Made by a program: the position numbers and the translations under genes | The notes under the pieces: generated by a model | Seen by the model: the letters and a program-made list of their open reading frames with translations, nothing else | Told to the model about the DNA's origin: nothing | The model's database searches: none | Source: an uncultured Thermoanaerobaculia bacterium | GTDB lineage: Bacteria > Acidobacteriota > Thermoanaerobaculia > Thermoanaerobaculales > Sulfomarinibacteraceae | Reading direction: 5' to 3' | DNA length: 64,000 nucleotides | NCBI GenBank assembly: GCA_964609835.1 | Contig: CAZSTH010000002.1 | Location: 19,227-83,226 of the forward strand | In this document: positions 63,435 through 64,000 of the stretch, piece by piece | How the letters are laid out: each line of letters starts with the position of its first letter | How positions within the stretch are numbered: position 1 is the stretch's first letter

Positions 63435-64000
63435 ATGTTCCGCAAGCCTGCGTTCTGGGTGGTCTTCGTGCTCGGATCGATCGCCTGCACCGTGTGGGCG
63501 GCGCTCAACTTCTCGCGGGCCTTTCCACTCGTCACCATCGACCTGCGGATGGACCGCCACGCCGCCACGGCCGAGGCCGAGCGGCTGGCATCGGAACGCG
63601 GTTGGGGGCCCGAAGACGCATCGACAGCGGTCGCCTACCGGCTCGACGGGACACTGCAGAGCTTCGTGGAGCTCGAGGGCGGCGGCAAGCCGGCCTGGAG
63701 GGAGATGCTCGAGGGCGAGCTTTTCTCACCCTACACATGGACCGTGCGTCGCTTCCGCGAGGGCGAGACCAATGAGTCCACTCTCCGTTTCCGGCCCGAC
63801 GGCCGCCCCTACGGCTTTCGCGAGAAGATCCCCGAGGACGAGCCCGGTGCCAATCTCGAGCCCGAAGCGGCACGCGAGCTGGCGGAGGCCGCGGTGGCGG
63901 CCGGCTGGGAGGTCGAGCTCGGGGATTACGAGCTGGTCGAGCAGTCGCACGAGGTGCGCCCCGGCGGCCGGACCGATCACGTGCTGGTGTACGAACGTCC
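63435..64000 (+). CDS. membrane-anchored protein of unknown function, 5' part (runs off window)
   Basis: ATG 63435 is preceded by GGAGGGAGAGG. The protein begins MFRKPAFWVVFVLGSIACTVWAALNF (TM), then ...DRHAATAEAERLASERGWGPED...TWTVRRFREGETNESTLRFRPDGRPYGFREKIPEDEPG.... The frame stays open to the window end and is not in the ORF track because it has no stop. Confidence 0.6.
   Translation, partial: MFRKPAFWVVFVLGSIACTVWAALNFSRAFPLVTIDLRMDRHAATAEAERLASERGWGPEDASTAVAYRLDGTLQSFVELEGGGKPAWREMLEGELFSPYTWTVRRFREGETNESTLRFRPDGRPYGFREKIPEDEPGANLEPEAARELAEAAVAAGWEVELGDYELVEQSHEVRPGGRTDHVLVYER

Overview
High-GC (roughly two-thirds G+C by eye) bacterial chromosomal window, densely coding. All calls come from reading the six-frame translations and the DNA by eye; no searches were run. 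Many long ORFs in the track are antisense or shadow ORFs typical of high-GC DNA and were discarded.

Gene content, left to right:
- 1-7.6 kb: grpE (5' end), hrcA, an MglA-type GTPase with a long C-terminal extension coupled to a LysM lytic transglycosylase, a 700-aa protein with a GreA-like C-terminus, and hsp20 behind a striking AT-rich promoter island.
- 7.9-15.8 kb: a SWIM-SNF2 helicase plus a small zinc-ribbon ORF, a GH57-GalT fusion, a CheY-like regulator and PolX.
- 15.9-23.2 kb: a plus-strand run of HD-GYP, TPR, Roadblock/MglB-like, ftsY, ribD, ribE, an unknown ORF, dodecin and tRNA-Ala(CGC).
- 23.2-23.9 kb: a decayed stretch after the tRNA holding a start-less GIY-YIG gene and a REPIN-like hairpin.
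- 23.9-28.3 kb: an OmpR/HK pair, and a MacB-type ABC pair whose permease lacks the periplasmic domain.
- 28.3-39.2 kb: an RND efflux operon whose TolC subunit carries an N-terminal periplasmic-binding-protein-like domain, followed by two secreted proteins of unknown function.
- 39.2-43.9 kb: an accessory island. It contains REP-like repeats, an intact IS200-like Y1/RAYT transposase and a truncated duplicate, a reverse-order nucleotidyltransferase/XRE-HTH module next to a PIN remnant, a YigZ N-domain gene, and a vapBC pair with a frameshifted vapC.
- 44.0-50.3 kb: galK start/stop-coupled to a kinase/class-III-aminotransferase (phospho-lyase type) fusion, then OCD/mu-crystallin, DUF302 and STAS genes.
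- 50.5-64.0 kb: a Ser/Thr-kinase-STAND-TPR giant co-oriented with a secreted CXXCH (P460-like) protein, and a cusC-cusB-cusA-DUF3347 metal-efflux operon.

Most interesting:
1. The REP/RAYT island and its NTase-HTH module.
2. A family of short (6-8 nt, x3-5) tandem arrays, several sharing an ATTCC/TTCCGAA-like core. They recur in intergenic DNA, often beside GTGCCAGG-type REP hairpins, and fill a 270-nt spacer inside the cus operon.
3. Several unusual domain fusions: MglA plus extension, GH57-GalT, PBP-TolC and kinase-lyase.

No CRISPR array, rRNA, integrase or recognisable riboswitch was seen.
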